Shown here in pieces: positions 52,010-61,379 of a stretch of DNA of 64,000 nt. Numbering within the stretch: position 1 is the first letter of the stretch; the number at the start of each line of letters is the position of its first letter. The DNA lies in assembly GCA_963728565.1 (NCBI GenBank), contig CAVSLC010000015.1:8546-72545 (forward strand). The letters run 5' to 3'. The position numbers and the translations under genes are program-made. Below the pieces are notes generated by a model. The model did not search any database. It was given only the letters and a program-made list of their open reading frames with translations, and had not been told where the DNA came from. Origin of the DNA: an uncultured delta proteobacterium. Lineage in GTDB: Bacteria; Desulfobacterota; Binatia; UBA9968.

Positions 52010-52957
52010 TCAAGTACCGTAAAGCTCGTCGATAAAACCGCTGTCATCGATCTCCCTCAGGTAATGAAGATCCCACGGTTCAAGCGGCGCCACGCGAGCC
52101 ATGGCGGGATCTTTCGCCACGTCCAGTTCATATACATTTTGTATAGCGGCCGGGAGCGGGTAAGGTTTGATCAAAAGCAGCTTTGCCCATTCCTTCTGCA
52201 GGTGCTGATAGTACTGTTCCTCGGTTAAACCATAATAGGCGGTCAGGTTTTTTTGCAGAATAGCAGTCACCTTCGTCGGGTTTGTCTTGAAAAAATGAAT
52301 CGTCTCAATCAACGCCTTTAGAAAGTCTATGACGTTCTCTCTGTTGTCTCGGATATAATCGGTCGTGCTCAAAATGGTCGTGTTGTGAATCACCGGACGG
52401 TCAGGTAGCTCAATGATCTTTAATCCTGAGTTTTTGCCATAGAGATCAAAGGGCATGTCCACCAATGTCGCGCTGGCGTCACCCGCCACAACCCGGTCCA
52501 CATAGCGGCGCCGGTCTGCTGCCATGCTCTCGATGGGTTCGATACGGATCTCATCATCGCGAAATCCGAACTGTTTAAGGATCGCCGTGAAGTTGCCGAG
52601 AACGCAGGGCGCCTTGGAATGACACACGATTTTGCGGCCACGGAGATCCTGGACTCCGTTGATTTCCGAGGCGGCGACGAGGCGGTCATCCCATCGGTTC
52701 TGAGTCTGCGCCAAATACACGAGCCGCTTGTCGCCTCTGCTTCGGGCCCGATAAGTCTCATGATGCAATCCGCTGACGAAATCGATTTCGCCCGCAAAGA
52801 TCAGGCTCGTGCGGTGCCCCATCGTTGGGGCTTTCGCCCCGCCGACAACGTCGAGCTCAATTTCGAAATCATATTTTTGGGTGACGCCGCATTCCCTAAA
52901 TACAGTGAGAAGCGGCAGGTGCGAGGAATCGCTGGCGAGCAGGGCAACTTGACGCAT
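52010..52957 (-). CDS. NMT1-like binding-fold protein without an obvious signal peptide
   Basis: DLRGRKI, EIDDSGFIDELY; no hydrophobic N-terminal leader. Confidence 0.75.
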   Translation of the reverse strand: MRQVALLASDSSHLPLLTVFRECGVTQKYDFEIELDVVGGAKAPTMGHRTSLIFAGEIDFVSGLHHETYRARSRGDKRLVYLAQTQNRWDDRLVAASEINGVQDLRGRKIVCHSKAPCVLGNFTAILKQFGFRDDEIRIEPIESMAADRRRYVDRVVAGDASATLVDMPFDLYGKNSGLKIIELPDRPVIHNTTILSTTDYIRDNRENVIDFLKALIETIHFFKTNPTKVTAILQKNLTAYYGLTEEQYYQHLQKEWAKLLLIKPYPLPAAIQNVYELDVAKDPAMARVAPLEPWDLHYLREIDDSGFIDELYGT

Positions 52958-53119
52958 ATAGATACCTCAGGTTCTAACGATCATCAGACTGCTGGAAAAA
53001 TTCTACACTACGCTTGCTCTTGGGAATTGTTCCAGCCGTTGCAAACGTGCAAGTCGTGACAGACAGACTCGGCATCCGAGAACTGGTTGCAGCCGTACTA
53101 CAGAGTTTCAACCAAACCG

Positions 53120-54547
53120 CTATGACAGGATCTGCTTGCCCCATTTCTCTCTGACTTGCCGCGCCAAGTCTTGGGGCACGATCACCGAAGCGGGAAAATC
53201 TTTGAGCCATTCATAGGGCCGGCAGGCATCGATGACAGCGCGGGAATTGAAGCCCTTTTTGCCTCTTTGAATAATCGGGTCCAGGGGGCCGCTCAAACAG
53301 CGACGTAGAATTTCAATGTCTTCGGCGGGATCGCAGCGGGTCGTCATCGCCCACCATACATCTTTCATGTCGGTGGGATCGATGTCTTCGTCGACGACAA
53401 CGGTGAAGCGGCCCAAGTAGGCGGCGGCGTGACACTGCGAAGCGATCAATCCGGCCTGACGCGCGTGACCGGGGTAGCGCTGGCGAATGGCGACGACGGT
53501 AAGTAGTCGGGTATTGCCCTCGGGCGGACAGTAGACGCCGACGACGTCCGGCACACCGGCGCGCTCCAGTTCTTCCCAAACCATCGCCGAACGCCAAAAG
53601 CTCTTGTAAAAAGTCGCTTCCGTCGGCGGGCGGCTCGGCGGCGCGCCGGCCATAATCGGGTCATTGCGAAAATACACACGGCGGATTCGGATGACGGGTT
53701 CCTCGCGGACGTGACTCGCATAGTATCCGGTCCACTCGCCAAAAGGCCCTTCGGTCTTTACGTCTCCGGGCGAACACTCTCCCTCGATAACGACTTCCGC
53801 GCTGGCCGGCACCTGAAGTCCGGTTTGCGCTAATTTGACGACGTCGATCGGCTCGCCTTTCAAGCCACCGGCAAAGTCATACTCCGACAGGCCATACGGA
53901 ACTTCGAAAGCGGAGGCCATAAAAAGAAGCGGGTCGTGTCCCAAGGAAAGCGCCACCGGCATGGCACGTTTCTGAGCGAAATATTTTTCCATCTGAATGC
54001 GCGCGTGCCGTCCCGGCGAAATGTAAAGCCCCAACGACTTGCTGTCATGAACCACGACTCGATAAGTGCCAATGTTGAGCCAACCCTCTTCCGGATCTCT
54101 GGTAATCGTCAGATGGCCGGTACCGATGTAGCGACCGCCGTCGCCGATGTTGTAGCGCGGCGTCGGAAAGCGCAGAACGTCCACATCTTTTTCTTCCCAG
54201 ACATTCTCCATGAACGGTCCTTCTTTAACCTCGCGCGGCACAATCGGCTTCAGGTCCTTGATTTTCTTCCGCATGCTACGGACCAGATCCATGGTCGCCA
54301 TGTCCGTCGGCATACCGCAGGTGAGCGCAACCCGTTTGATCGAGTTGAGCTGGCCGGCCACGATCCGCAACCCCTTGGCAAAGCCTTTGATGGAATCAAA
54401 AAGCAGGCATGGCGCCACCTGAGACTCCTTGCGCGCCATCTCGATGATCGCGCCGATCTCCAAATCCCAATCCGCGCCTTCCACGGTTTTGAGCTCGCCC
54501 AACTGATTGACTTGATCCAGCCACTCCCGCAAATCTCGGTACGCCAT
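53120..54547 (-). CDS. UbiD family decarboxylase
   Basis: DGGRY, NIGTYR, EGPFGEWTGYY, VDEDIDP. Confidence 0.93.
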   Translation of the reverse strand: MAYRDLREWLDQVNQLGELKTVEGADWDLEIGAIIEMARKESQVAPCLLFDSIKGFAKGLRIVAGQLNSIKRVALTCGMPTDMATMDLVRSMRKKIKDLKPIVPREVKEGPFMENVWEEKDVDVLRFPTPRYNIGDGGRYIGTGHLTITRDPEEGWLNIGTYRVVVHDSKSLGLYISPGRHARIQMEKYFAQKRAMPVALSLGHDPLLFMASAFEVPYGLSEYDFAGGLKGEPIDVVKLAQTGLQVPASAEVVIEGECSPGDVKTEGPFGEWTGYYASHVREEPVIRIRRVYFRNDPIMAGAPPSRPPTEATFYKSFWRSAMVWEELERAGVPDVVGVYCPPEGNTRLLTVVAIRQRYPGHARQAGLIASQCHAAAYLGRFTVVVDEDIDPTDMKDVWWAMTTRCDPAEDIEILRRCLSGPLDPIIQRGKKGFNSRAVIDACRPYEWLKDFPASVIVPQDLARQVREKWGKQILS

Positions 54548-54556
54548 TACTGCCCC

Positions 54557-55630
54557 CTATCGGTACAACGTTTGAAACAATCCCTGCTGCTCGAGCTCCG
54601 CCACCAAACTATTATCGACGAAATCACTCGCCTTGACTCCCGTCGCCGTTTTTACCTCGGAGCGCAACACTTCTTCGACGGCATCGAGCCTCACCCTTGG
54701 AATAGGCTCGAGGTACTTGACGCCGTAGATTCGATAAAGCTCGGCGAGGATCTCCGGGTCATCGACTTTTGTATATCTTGAAAGCACCTTCATCGTTCCT
54801 TCTTTATCCGTCCTGACCCGATGAATGCCCTCGGAATAGGCGCGCAACACGCGCAACGCTGTGCTCCGATTCTTGTCGAGGAACTGTTGCGACGTTGCCA
54901 GGGGCGAATTGGGGTAAACGATGCCAATTTCGCCAAAATCGACCAGCTCCCTGAGGCCAAGCTTCGCGGCAGTCAAGTTGGTCGGCGGCGACACCACGCC
55001 GGCATCGACAATGCCAGCAGTGATTGCCCCGAGCAGTTGCGGCATGCCGCCCGTCTGGATGACCGCAACCTCGGAACCGCGGCGCATTCCCCATTGTTTG
55101 AGCGCGAGATCCAGAGCGAAATCCGTCGAGCCGCCGAGACGGGTCACGCCGATTTTTTTCCCCTTCAAATCCCTGGCCGTTTGATTTTCCGGGCGCGCCA
55201 TAAGCGAGAACACCAGCGTATTGATGGTATTGCCAATCATCTTAAGGCTCGCTCCTCTGAGCGAAGCCTGGACAACGGAATTGGCGCCGAGGCGAACGAA
55301 CTGCACATCGCCACCGATCAGCGCCTGAGTCACCACCGACCCGCCGCCGATATAGAGAAGCTGTACATCCAATCCCTGGCGGCGAAAGTAGCCGTAATCA
55401 TGCGCCACCCACAACGGCGCCATCGCGCCGCTGATCGCGCTGTAAGCTAATCGAACCGGCTCCGCTTGGACAATTGAGAAAAAACAGGCCTGCGCCAGTG
55501 TCGCAAAGAAAACTAGACAAAAAAGGGTTCGAACCTTGGTTAGGACGGCTTTGATGGCAGGATTGGTTAGGCTCAAACGACTAACGTTCGAGCCGCATTT
55601 CGCTCTAGCGGGAATAACGGCTTCGTTCAT
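54557..55630 (-). CDS. NMT1/SsuA-type binding protein (start may be later)
   Basis: YSAISGAMAPLW, DLKGKKIGVTRLG. Confidence 0.85.
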   Translation of the reverse strand: MNEAVIPARAKCGSNVSRLSLTNPAIKAVLTKVRTLFCLVFFATLAQACFFSIVQAEPVRLAYSAISGAMAPLWVAHDYGYFRRQGLDVQLLYIGGGSVVTQALIGGDVQFVRLGANSVVQASLRGASLKMIGNTINTLVFSLMARPENQTARDLKGKKIGVTRLGGSTDFALDLALKQWGMRRGSEVAVIQTGGMPQLLGAITAGIVDAGVVSPPTNLTAAKLGLRELVDFGEIGIVYPNSPLATSQQFLDKNRSTALRVLRAYSEGIHRVRTDKEGTMKVLSRYTKVDDPEILAELYRIYGVKYLEPIPRVRLDAVEEVLRSEVKTATGVKASDFVDNSLVAELEQQGLFQTLYR

Positions 55631-55672
55631 AGGCGTAACGGATGTCGATCGGCAAGAGTTTAAGAATCGCGT

Positions 55673-56563
55673 TCACTGCCCAAGAATGCCGGCCTCCCTC
55701 AAATCGCGCTCCAGCTTCATGACCTCATCCTTGGGCATCTGCTCGGTTTCCCACTTCGGGAAGCGTTTTACCGCGAAGCCGCGCATACGAAAAACTTCCT
55801 GCAACGGAACACGGCCATACTTGCGCAAGCGCGCGGCGACGATTCGCGTCGCGGTATCGACCCGCTTCTGCGCTTCCACGGCGCGCGGGTAGTCTTGGCT
55901 GTCGAGAGCCTTGAACAAATCGACGCAGAGCTCGGGCACGAAGCTCGTCGGCGGATTGATCATACCGGCAACACCGAAGGGAACCAGCCCAAATAAATCT
56001 GCGTTTCCGGTAAAAACCGATATATCGGGCAGTAGTCTCACGTATTCGAGCAATGCGCCCTGACCGTAGGCGACTTTGATGCCTTTGAGCGCCGGCACCT
56101 GCTCTTTCATGCGCACGGCCAAGCCCGGCGGAATAGAGATACCGGAGTACTTGGGATTTTCATAAATGAAGATCGGCAGCGGCACAGCTTTGTGTACGGC
56201 TTTGTAGTGCGCGATGATCTCATATTCGGTGTGATCGGAATAGTAATAGGGCGGCACGATAGCCACCGCGTCGGCCTTGTGCGCGGCGGCATGCTCGGCC
56301 AACTCCACCGCGCTGCCCGCATCGGCGGTGCCGACGTGAATGATCACCGGCACTCGGGACTTCGCCTGATCGAGCGCGACGGCGGCGGTCTGCTTGCGCT
56401 CTTCGACGGTCATGGCGGGGCCCTGGCCGGTGGAGCCAAGCACGAACAATCCCTGCACGCCGGCTTTGATGTGAAAATCGACCAACTGCCGCATCATCTG
56501 TTCATCGAGCCGAATTTTTTCGTCGAACGGCGTGATAACGGGCAACAAAACTCCACGAATCAT
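55673..56563 (-). CDS. DapA/NAL family aldolase or lyase
   Basis: ITPF, LGSTGQ, IYEN, GIK Schiff-base Lys. Confidence 0.9.
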   Translation of the reverse strand: MIRGVLLPVITPFDEKIRLDEQMMRQLVDFHIKAGVQGLFVLGSTGQGPAMTVEERKQTAAVALDQAKSRVPVIIHVGTADAGSAVELAEHAAAHKADAVAIVPPYYYSDHTEYEIIAHYKAVHKAVPLPIFIYENPKYSGISIPPGLAVRMKEQVPALKGIKVAYGQGALLEYVRLLPDISVFTGNADLFGLVPFGVAGMINPPTSFVPELCVDLFKALDSQDYPRAVEAQKRVDTATRIVAARLRKYGRVPLQEVFRMRGFAVKRFPKWETEQMPKDEVMKLERDLREAGILGQ

Positions 56564-56686
56564 TCATTTCTCCTTACTAAAATCAGTTCCTAACTTCGGA
56601 ATGACGAGTCCCAGCGAATGTCTCCGAGGAGCGCAGCAACGAAGCATCTGCTTTCTTGAACCTCACAAAAAGTCTGCGTCCGTAAC

Positions 56687-57922
56687 CTAGCGGGATCTCT
56701 TGGTCCGCAGTCCCACCTGAGTATCCAACCGATACACCTCAGTCGCTTGTTTTTTATCGACGATGCCCTTGGGCGTGCCGCCGTTTAGCGCTGTCTCGAT
56801 CGCATCCACCACGATCTTGCGAAATTTGATCACACCGCGATCGGACACGCCGAGCTGTTCGCTGCGCTCGCCGAGCAAACCCTGCGTCCCCTGCGTAACC
56901 AGATCCTCCTTGCGAATGTTCCCCTTATAGGGCATGAACTGGCGCTTGTCGTACGGCTTTACTTCCTGCGCGGGCATCTCCTTTGCGCGAAGCGTTTTGA
57001 GTTTTTCGAAGAAATTCTCCTCCGGACCGCGGTAATTGTCGGCGGTGAAAAGCATGAAGTGGTCGTCGTCATTAGGGGTGACAAACATCCAGTGCTCGCA
57101 CTGCGAACCTTCCTTGACCAGTGCCGCGGCATCGATTTTAGCATGCACGAATTCGGTATCGCCGACCTGGACGATACTCGGCAAAGCCAGGCTCATTTCA
57201 TCGACGAATTCGGTGCCCGGCTCCGGGCCGGGCTTGGTCATGACGACTTTCATGCCGTAGTCCATTTCGACAAATTCGAAGTGCGGCATGTCCGTATAAC
57301 TGAAAAACTGATTGCCCCAGGATTGTTGGCCATAGCCGGCAGTCCGGTGAAGGATACAGACGTGGGCAGGGTCCGCGGAGTTTTCGAAAAAGTTGAACCA
57401 ATTGTAGTCGGCGTGACGCACTGGCTCGATCTGCCACTGGCTGCCGCGGTCCACAAGCGGCGAATATTTTGGCAGCGGCGGCGGATCATTTTGATTATCC
57501 CCCATGTAGGCGAAGATCAAGCCGCCCTGCTCACGCACCGGATAGGACAAGTGCTTCACCTTCTGCGGAAACTTGCTGTCCTTGGGTTCCGCCGGCATTT
57601 CCAAACATTGTCCAGCGACGTTAAACAACCAGCCATGATATGGGCAGCGAATCCCGCCATCTTCGATGTCGCCGTATTCTAAGGACGTTCCACGATGGGG
57701 GCAGTGCAATCCCAGCAGGCCGAGCTTACCGAACTCGTCGCGAAACAGCACCAACTCTTCTCCTAGAACTTTTACCGCCTGGGGAATGTCGTGCAGGTCT
57801 TGAGTCGTCCCAACTACCAGCCAGTATTTACGAAACCACTCACCGGCCGGAGTCCCCGGCCCAACCCGCGGGATATCCGCCAACGAAACCTTCTTAGTTT
57901 TTCTCTTGGTAACTACTTTCAT
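56687..57922 (-). CDS. Rieske non-heme iron oxygenase (phthalate 4,5-dioxygenase/LigXa-like)
   Basis: CPHRG...CPYHG; ENSADPAH.xxLH; ED. Confidence 0.92.
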   Translation of the reverse strand: MKVVTKRKTKKVSLADIPRVGPGTPAGEWFRKYWLVVGTTQDLHDIPQAVKVLGEELVLFRDEFGKLGLLGLHCPHRGTSLEYGDIEDGGIRCPYHGWLFNVAGQCLEMPAEPKDSKFPQKVKHLSYPVREQGGLIFAYMGDNQNDPPPLPKYSPLVDRGSQWQIEPVRHADYNWFNFFENSADPAHVCILHRTAGYGQQSWGNQFFSYTDMPHFEFVEMDYGMKVVMTKPGPEPGTEFVDEMSLALPSIVQVGDTEFVHAKIDAAALVKEGSQCEHWMFVTPNDDDHFMLFTADNYRGPEENFFEKLKTLRAKEMPAQEVKPYDKRQFMPYKGNIRKEDLVTQGTQGLLGERSEQLGVSDRGVIKFRKIVVDAIETALNGGTPKGIVDKKQATEVYRLDTQVGLRTKRSR

Positions 57923-57955
57923 CCGACCCGCTCCTAACCCCAATTCGTCTTTTTC

Positions 57956-58079
57956 CGAGCCGTCAGAAAGATCTCAGATGCGAGGCGCGCGATGATCGGC
58001 GAGCGCAGGCGTACGTGCCTAGTACGTCGGAGCGAGGCGATCGAGCGCAACGAAGCAGGTGAGGCTTTATGACGGCTCG
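57956..58079. repeat. Dispersed ~125-bp palindromic repeat
   Basis: cgagccgtca...tgacggctcg ends; same core as 44198-44320. Confidence 0.7.
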
Positions 58080-59456
58080 CTATTTGAATCCGTATTCCTT
58101 CCATCTTTTCAACACACTCTCCCGCATGGCCGCGGTCGGCTCCGCCACTTCGCCGCGGAAATTTTTCTTGATGGTCAGATCGAGCATCAATTTCGAAGTC
58201 AATCCATCGACCGTCGCCGATGGCTCGAGCGAGCTGGTGATGCCGCGCGGGATGATGAACATATCGGTAGCGGGCTGGAAACGGGTGGTCAAGGCCCACA
58301 GCACTTCGTTGGGATCTTCAAGGACGACATCTTCGTCGAGAACAAACACATGTTTCCACTTGCCGCTTCGCGTGTACAGCGAAGCGGCAAGAATGTTATC
58401 GACGATGCCCGGTCTCATCAGCCGCTTTTCAAGCTGCAACAGCAAAACAATCGAAACACCCCAGGGCGGCGCGTAGGCTTTCTTCAACGCCGGATAAGCC
58501 GGCTTCAACTCTTGATAAGCCGCGACCGCATAGGTCAGCGCGTCGACATAGAGATGCTCGTGCGGCGGCTTGCCAAGCCAGATGTTGTGGTAGACGGGAT
58601 TTTTGCGATGCGTCACGGCTTTGACAGTCATGATGCGCTCGTTCGGCACTTGCGCCGTCGTGTAGCCGCAAAACTCGCCGAACGGCCCCTCATCGCCGGT
58701 TTTCGCCGGAATCGTCAGTTCTCCTTCGAGAACGATCTCCGCAAGCGCCGGCACTTCGAGATCGATAGTCCGGCACTTCACCACCTCGACGGGCTCACCG
58801 ACAAACCCGCCGGCAATGTCTAATTCATAGACGCCGATGCGCGGTTCGAACTGAGATGCCACATAAACCGCTGGCGGCACGCCGATGCAAACCGCGACTT
58901 CAAATTTCTTCTGGCCGCGCTTCTCGGCGTTTTTCATGAAATCATAACCGTCATGACCCGGTGTAAAACGAAGTGTGACTTCGTTCTTTGACACCAGCAT
59001 CATCCGGTAAATCGAAAGATTCATGCCATATTCGGGGTCTTTGATAATTACATGACCGGCGGTGATATAGGGCCCGCCATCGCGCGGATTATTGGTGCAA
59101 AGCGGTAATGTGGTGAGATCGACGTCGGCGCCTTCAAGTACTACGTCCTGGGAGGCGCCTTTGGAAACCAACTTCGGCGCAATCGGATTGCTCGCCCTTT
59201 GCACGCTCTCGTTAAACACATTTTCTTGGGATAGCCCAAGCGCCAGGGCCACGCGCCGGTCACTCGCCAGCAATTGGCCGACCACCGGAATGGTATGACC
59301 TTTAACGTTTTCAAAGAGCAGCGCCGGACTGTTCGGCCGCTCATTGTGAATCTTACAAATCGCTCCGAGCTCGTGCTTCGGATCGACTTCAACTTTGATT
59401 TTTTGCAGCTCGTGCTCTTCTTCCAAAACCTTTAAAAACTCTCTCAAATCCATCAT
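58080..59456 (-). CDS. UbiD family decarboxylase
   Basis: DGGPYIT, NLSIYR, EGPFGEFCGY, LDEDV. Confidence 0.93.
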   Translation of the reverse strand: MMDLREFLKVLEEEHELQKIKVEVDPKHELGAICKIHNERPNSPALLFENVKGHTIPVVGQLLASDRRVALALGLSQENVFNESVQRASNPIAPKLVSKGASQDVVLEGADVDLTTLPLCTNNPRDGGPYITAGHVIIKDPEYGMNLSIYRMMLVSKNEVTLRFTPGHDGYDFMKNAEKRGQKKFEVAVCIGVPPAVYVASQFEPRIGVYELDIAGGFVGEPVEVVKCRTIDLEVPALAEIVLEGELTIPAKTGDEGPFGEFCGYTTAQVPNERIMTVKAVTHRKNPVYHNIWLGKPPHEHLYVDALTYAVAAYQELKPAYPALKKAYAPPWGVSIVLLLQLEKRLMRPGIVDNILAASLYTRSGKWKHVFVLDEDVVLEDPNEVLWALTTRFQPATDMFIIPRGITSSLEPSATVDGLTSKLMLDLTIKKNFRGEVAEPTAAMRESVLKRWKEYGFK

Positions 59457-59494
59457 GTCAAAATGGCTCCCTCACATCACTGGAATATAAATGC

Positions 59495-60379
59495 TCAGTC
59501 GACCAAAGAACAACGCGGCTCAAAACGCAACAACCTCTTCGCCTTGTCGATACTGTATGCGCTGCTGCGATCATCCAGTCCGCTGCGCAGATCTGTTACC
59601 CGAGGCAAGTAGCGTGCGACTAACTCGCGCGTGGGTGTGTCCATGATGGTCGAAGACGCGCAGACGTTAAAAGTTTGATGGCCGCCGACCTCGGCTTCGA
59701 GGGCCAGCCGGCAGGCGCGCGCCGCGTCGCGGGCGTCGATATAGCTCCACAGCGCGCCCGTCCCTCGTGCGAGAGGATTCTTCTTGCGGTCGAGCAACAT
59801 CGAGCGATGCGCCTCGGTATAGATTCCGGCAAATCTAAGACTTGAGACCTGCGCGCCGGTCTTCTGGCTGAAAACATCACAGAGTTTTTCGCCTATGAGC
59901 TTGGTCATGCCGTAAGCATCTTGCGGCCGCAACGGATGATCTTCATCGACCGGGAGATAAGCCGGCTGCAGCTCGGTGCAAGAATAGTAAAAGCCATACA
60001 CGGCCAGGCTCGAGCCGCAGACGACTTTCTTGACCGCGCACGCTTGCGCCGCAGCCAGGACATTGTTCGTCATCGCGATATTGCGATTGAAACGTTCGGC
60101 ATCCCCTGCGATGTCGGCGAACTCCCACTTGTGCTCGGCCACGTTGTAGCCATTCTCCGTATAAGGGAAACGCACCCGGGCAAGATGCACCAGCGCATCG
60201 GCGTTGTTCAAATGTTCGACGAAAGAGTCGATCTTCATCAGATCGACGGTGTAGGTCGGGCATAAACACTCACGCGGTTTTATCGCGTCCAGGGCGGCCA
60301 CCGCATGGTTATGGGTAAACAGTTCCCGAGCAACGTACTGCCCCAACCGCCCGGAACCTCCTGTGATCACGACCCGCAT
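59495..60379 (-). CDS. NAD-dependent epimerase/dehydratase (extended SDR)
   Basis: TGGSGRLG, YGMTK; paralog of 48768-49619. Confidence 0.9.
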   Translation of the reverse strand: MRVVITGGSGRLGQYVARELFTHNHAVAALDAIKPRECLCPTYTVDLMKIDSFVEHLNNADALVHLARVRFPYTENGYNVAEHKWEFADIAGDAERFNRNIAMTNNVLAAAQACAVKKVVCGSSLAVYGFYYSCTELQPAYLPVDEDHPLRPQDAYGMTKLIGEKLCDVFSQKTGAQVSSLRFAGIYTEAHRSMLLDRKKNPLARGTGALWSYIDARDAARACRLALEAEVGGHQTFNVCASSTIMDTPTRELVARYLPRVTDLRSGLDDRSSAYSIDKAKRLLRFEPRCSLVD

Positions 60380-60382
60380 GAA

Positions 60383-61379
60383 CTAACGATCCAACGTTTT
60401 GAACCAGCCGCTCTGTTCGAGATCTTTCAACAGACTATTGTCGACGAAATTGCCGGCTTTGGCTTCACGCGCTTCTTTTCCCGGCGTGCGTTTGAGAATC
60501 TCATCCACGCCTTCCGTGCGCACGTAAGGGATGCGATCGCCGCTATAGCGCACGCCGTAAGTCTGATGGAGTTGGGCCAAGGTTTCGCTGTCGGTGACTT
60601 TGGTATACTTGGATAGAACTTTCATACTGAACTCTTTATCATTGCGCAGGCGATTGAGACCTTGGCTGAAACCTCGCATAAATCGCAATGCGGTATCCCG
60701 AGTTCCTTTGATGAACGATTGTGTCGTCGAGAGTGGCGTGTTGGGGAAAACGATTTTCAATTGGCCGACATCGACCAGTTCGTGCATGCCGGCTTTCGCC
60801 GCTCTGAAATTGCTGGGCGGCGAGAGTACCACAGCATCCAAGCCGCCTGCCATCAAACCAGCCAGCCCTTCAGGCATGCCCCCGGTTTGAATCACAGTAA
60901 TCTCGCGCCGCTCAAGCCCCCACTGCTTCAATGCCGCGTCGAGCGCCCAATCGGTGGAGCCGCCAAGGCGCGTCACACCGACTTTTTTGCCTTTGAGATT
61001 TGCCGGCTGTTTGATTTCCGGGCGGGACATGATCGAGAACACCAAAGAATTACCGGTGTTGCCGACTAGAACGAGATCGGCGCCGCGAAGGGAAGCATTG
61101 ATCACCGGCACTGACGGTCCATATGCAAACGGCACATCGCCGCTGATCATCGATTGGATCAACAGCGAGCCGCCGCCGATATAAAGCAACTCGACATCCA
61201 GCCCCTCGCGCTTGAAGTAGTCCCGCTTCTTGCGCTACCCAGAGTGACGACATGGCGCCGCTGATGGCGCTGTAGGCGACGCGCAGCGGCGCGGCTTCGA
61301 CCGCGCTGGCAAGCGAAAGCATCCCGAGAAACAGTGACATCAGAAAAGGCAAGAGTGTTGGCGAAAATTTAAAAATCAA
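60383..61379 (-). pseudogene. NMT1-type binding protein with a frameshift near 61220
   Basis: N-terminus (YSAISGAMSSLWVAQEAG) and remainder (YFKREGLDVELLYIGGGS) are in different frames; paralog of 54557-55630. Confidence 0.82.
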
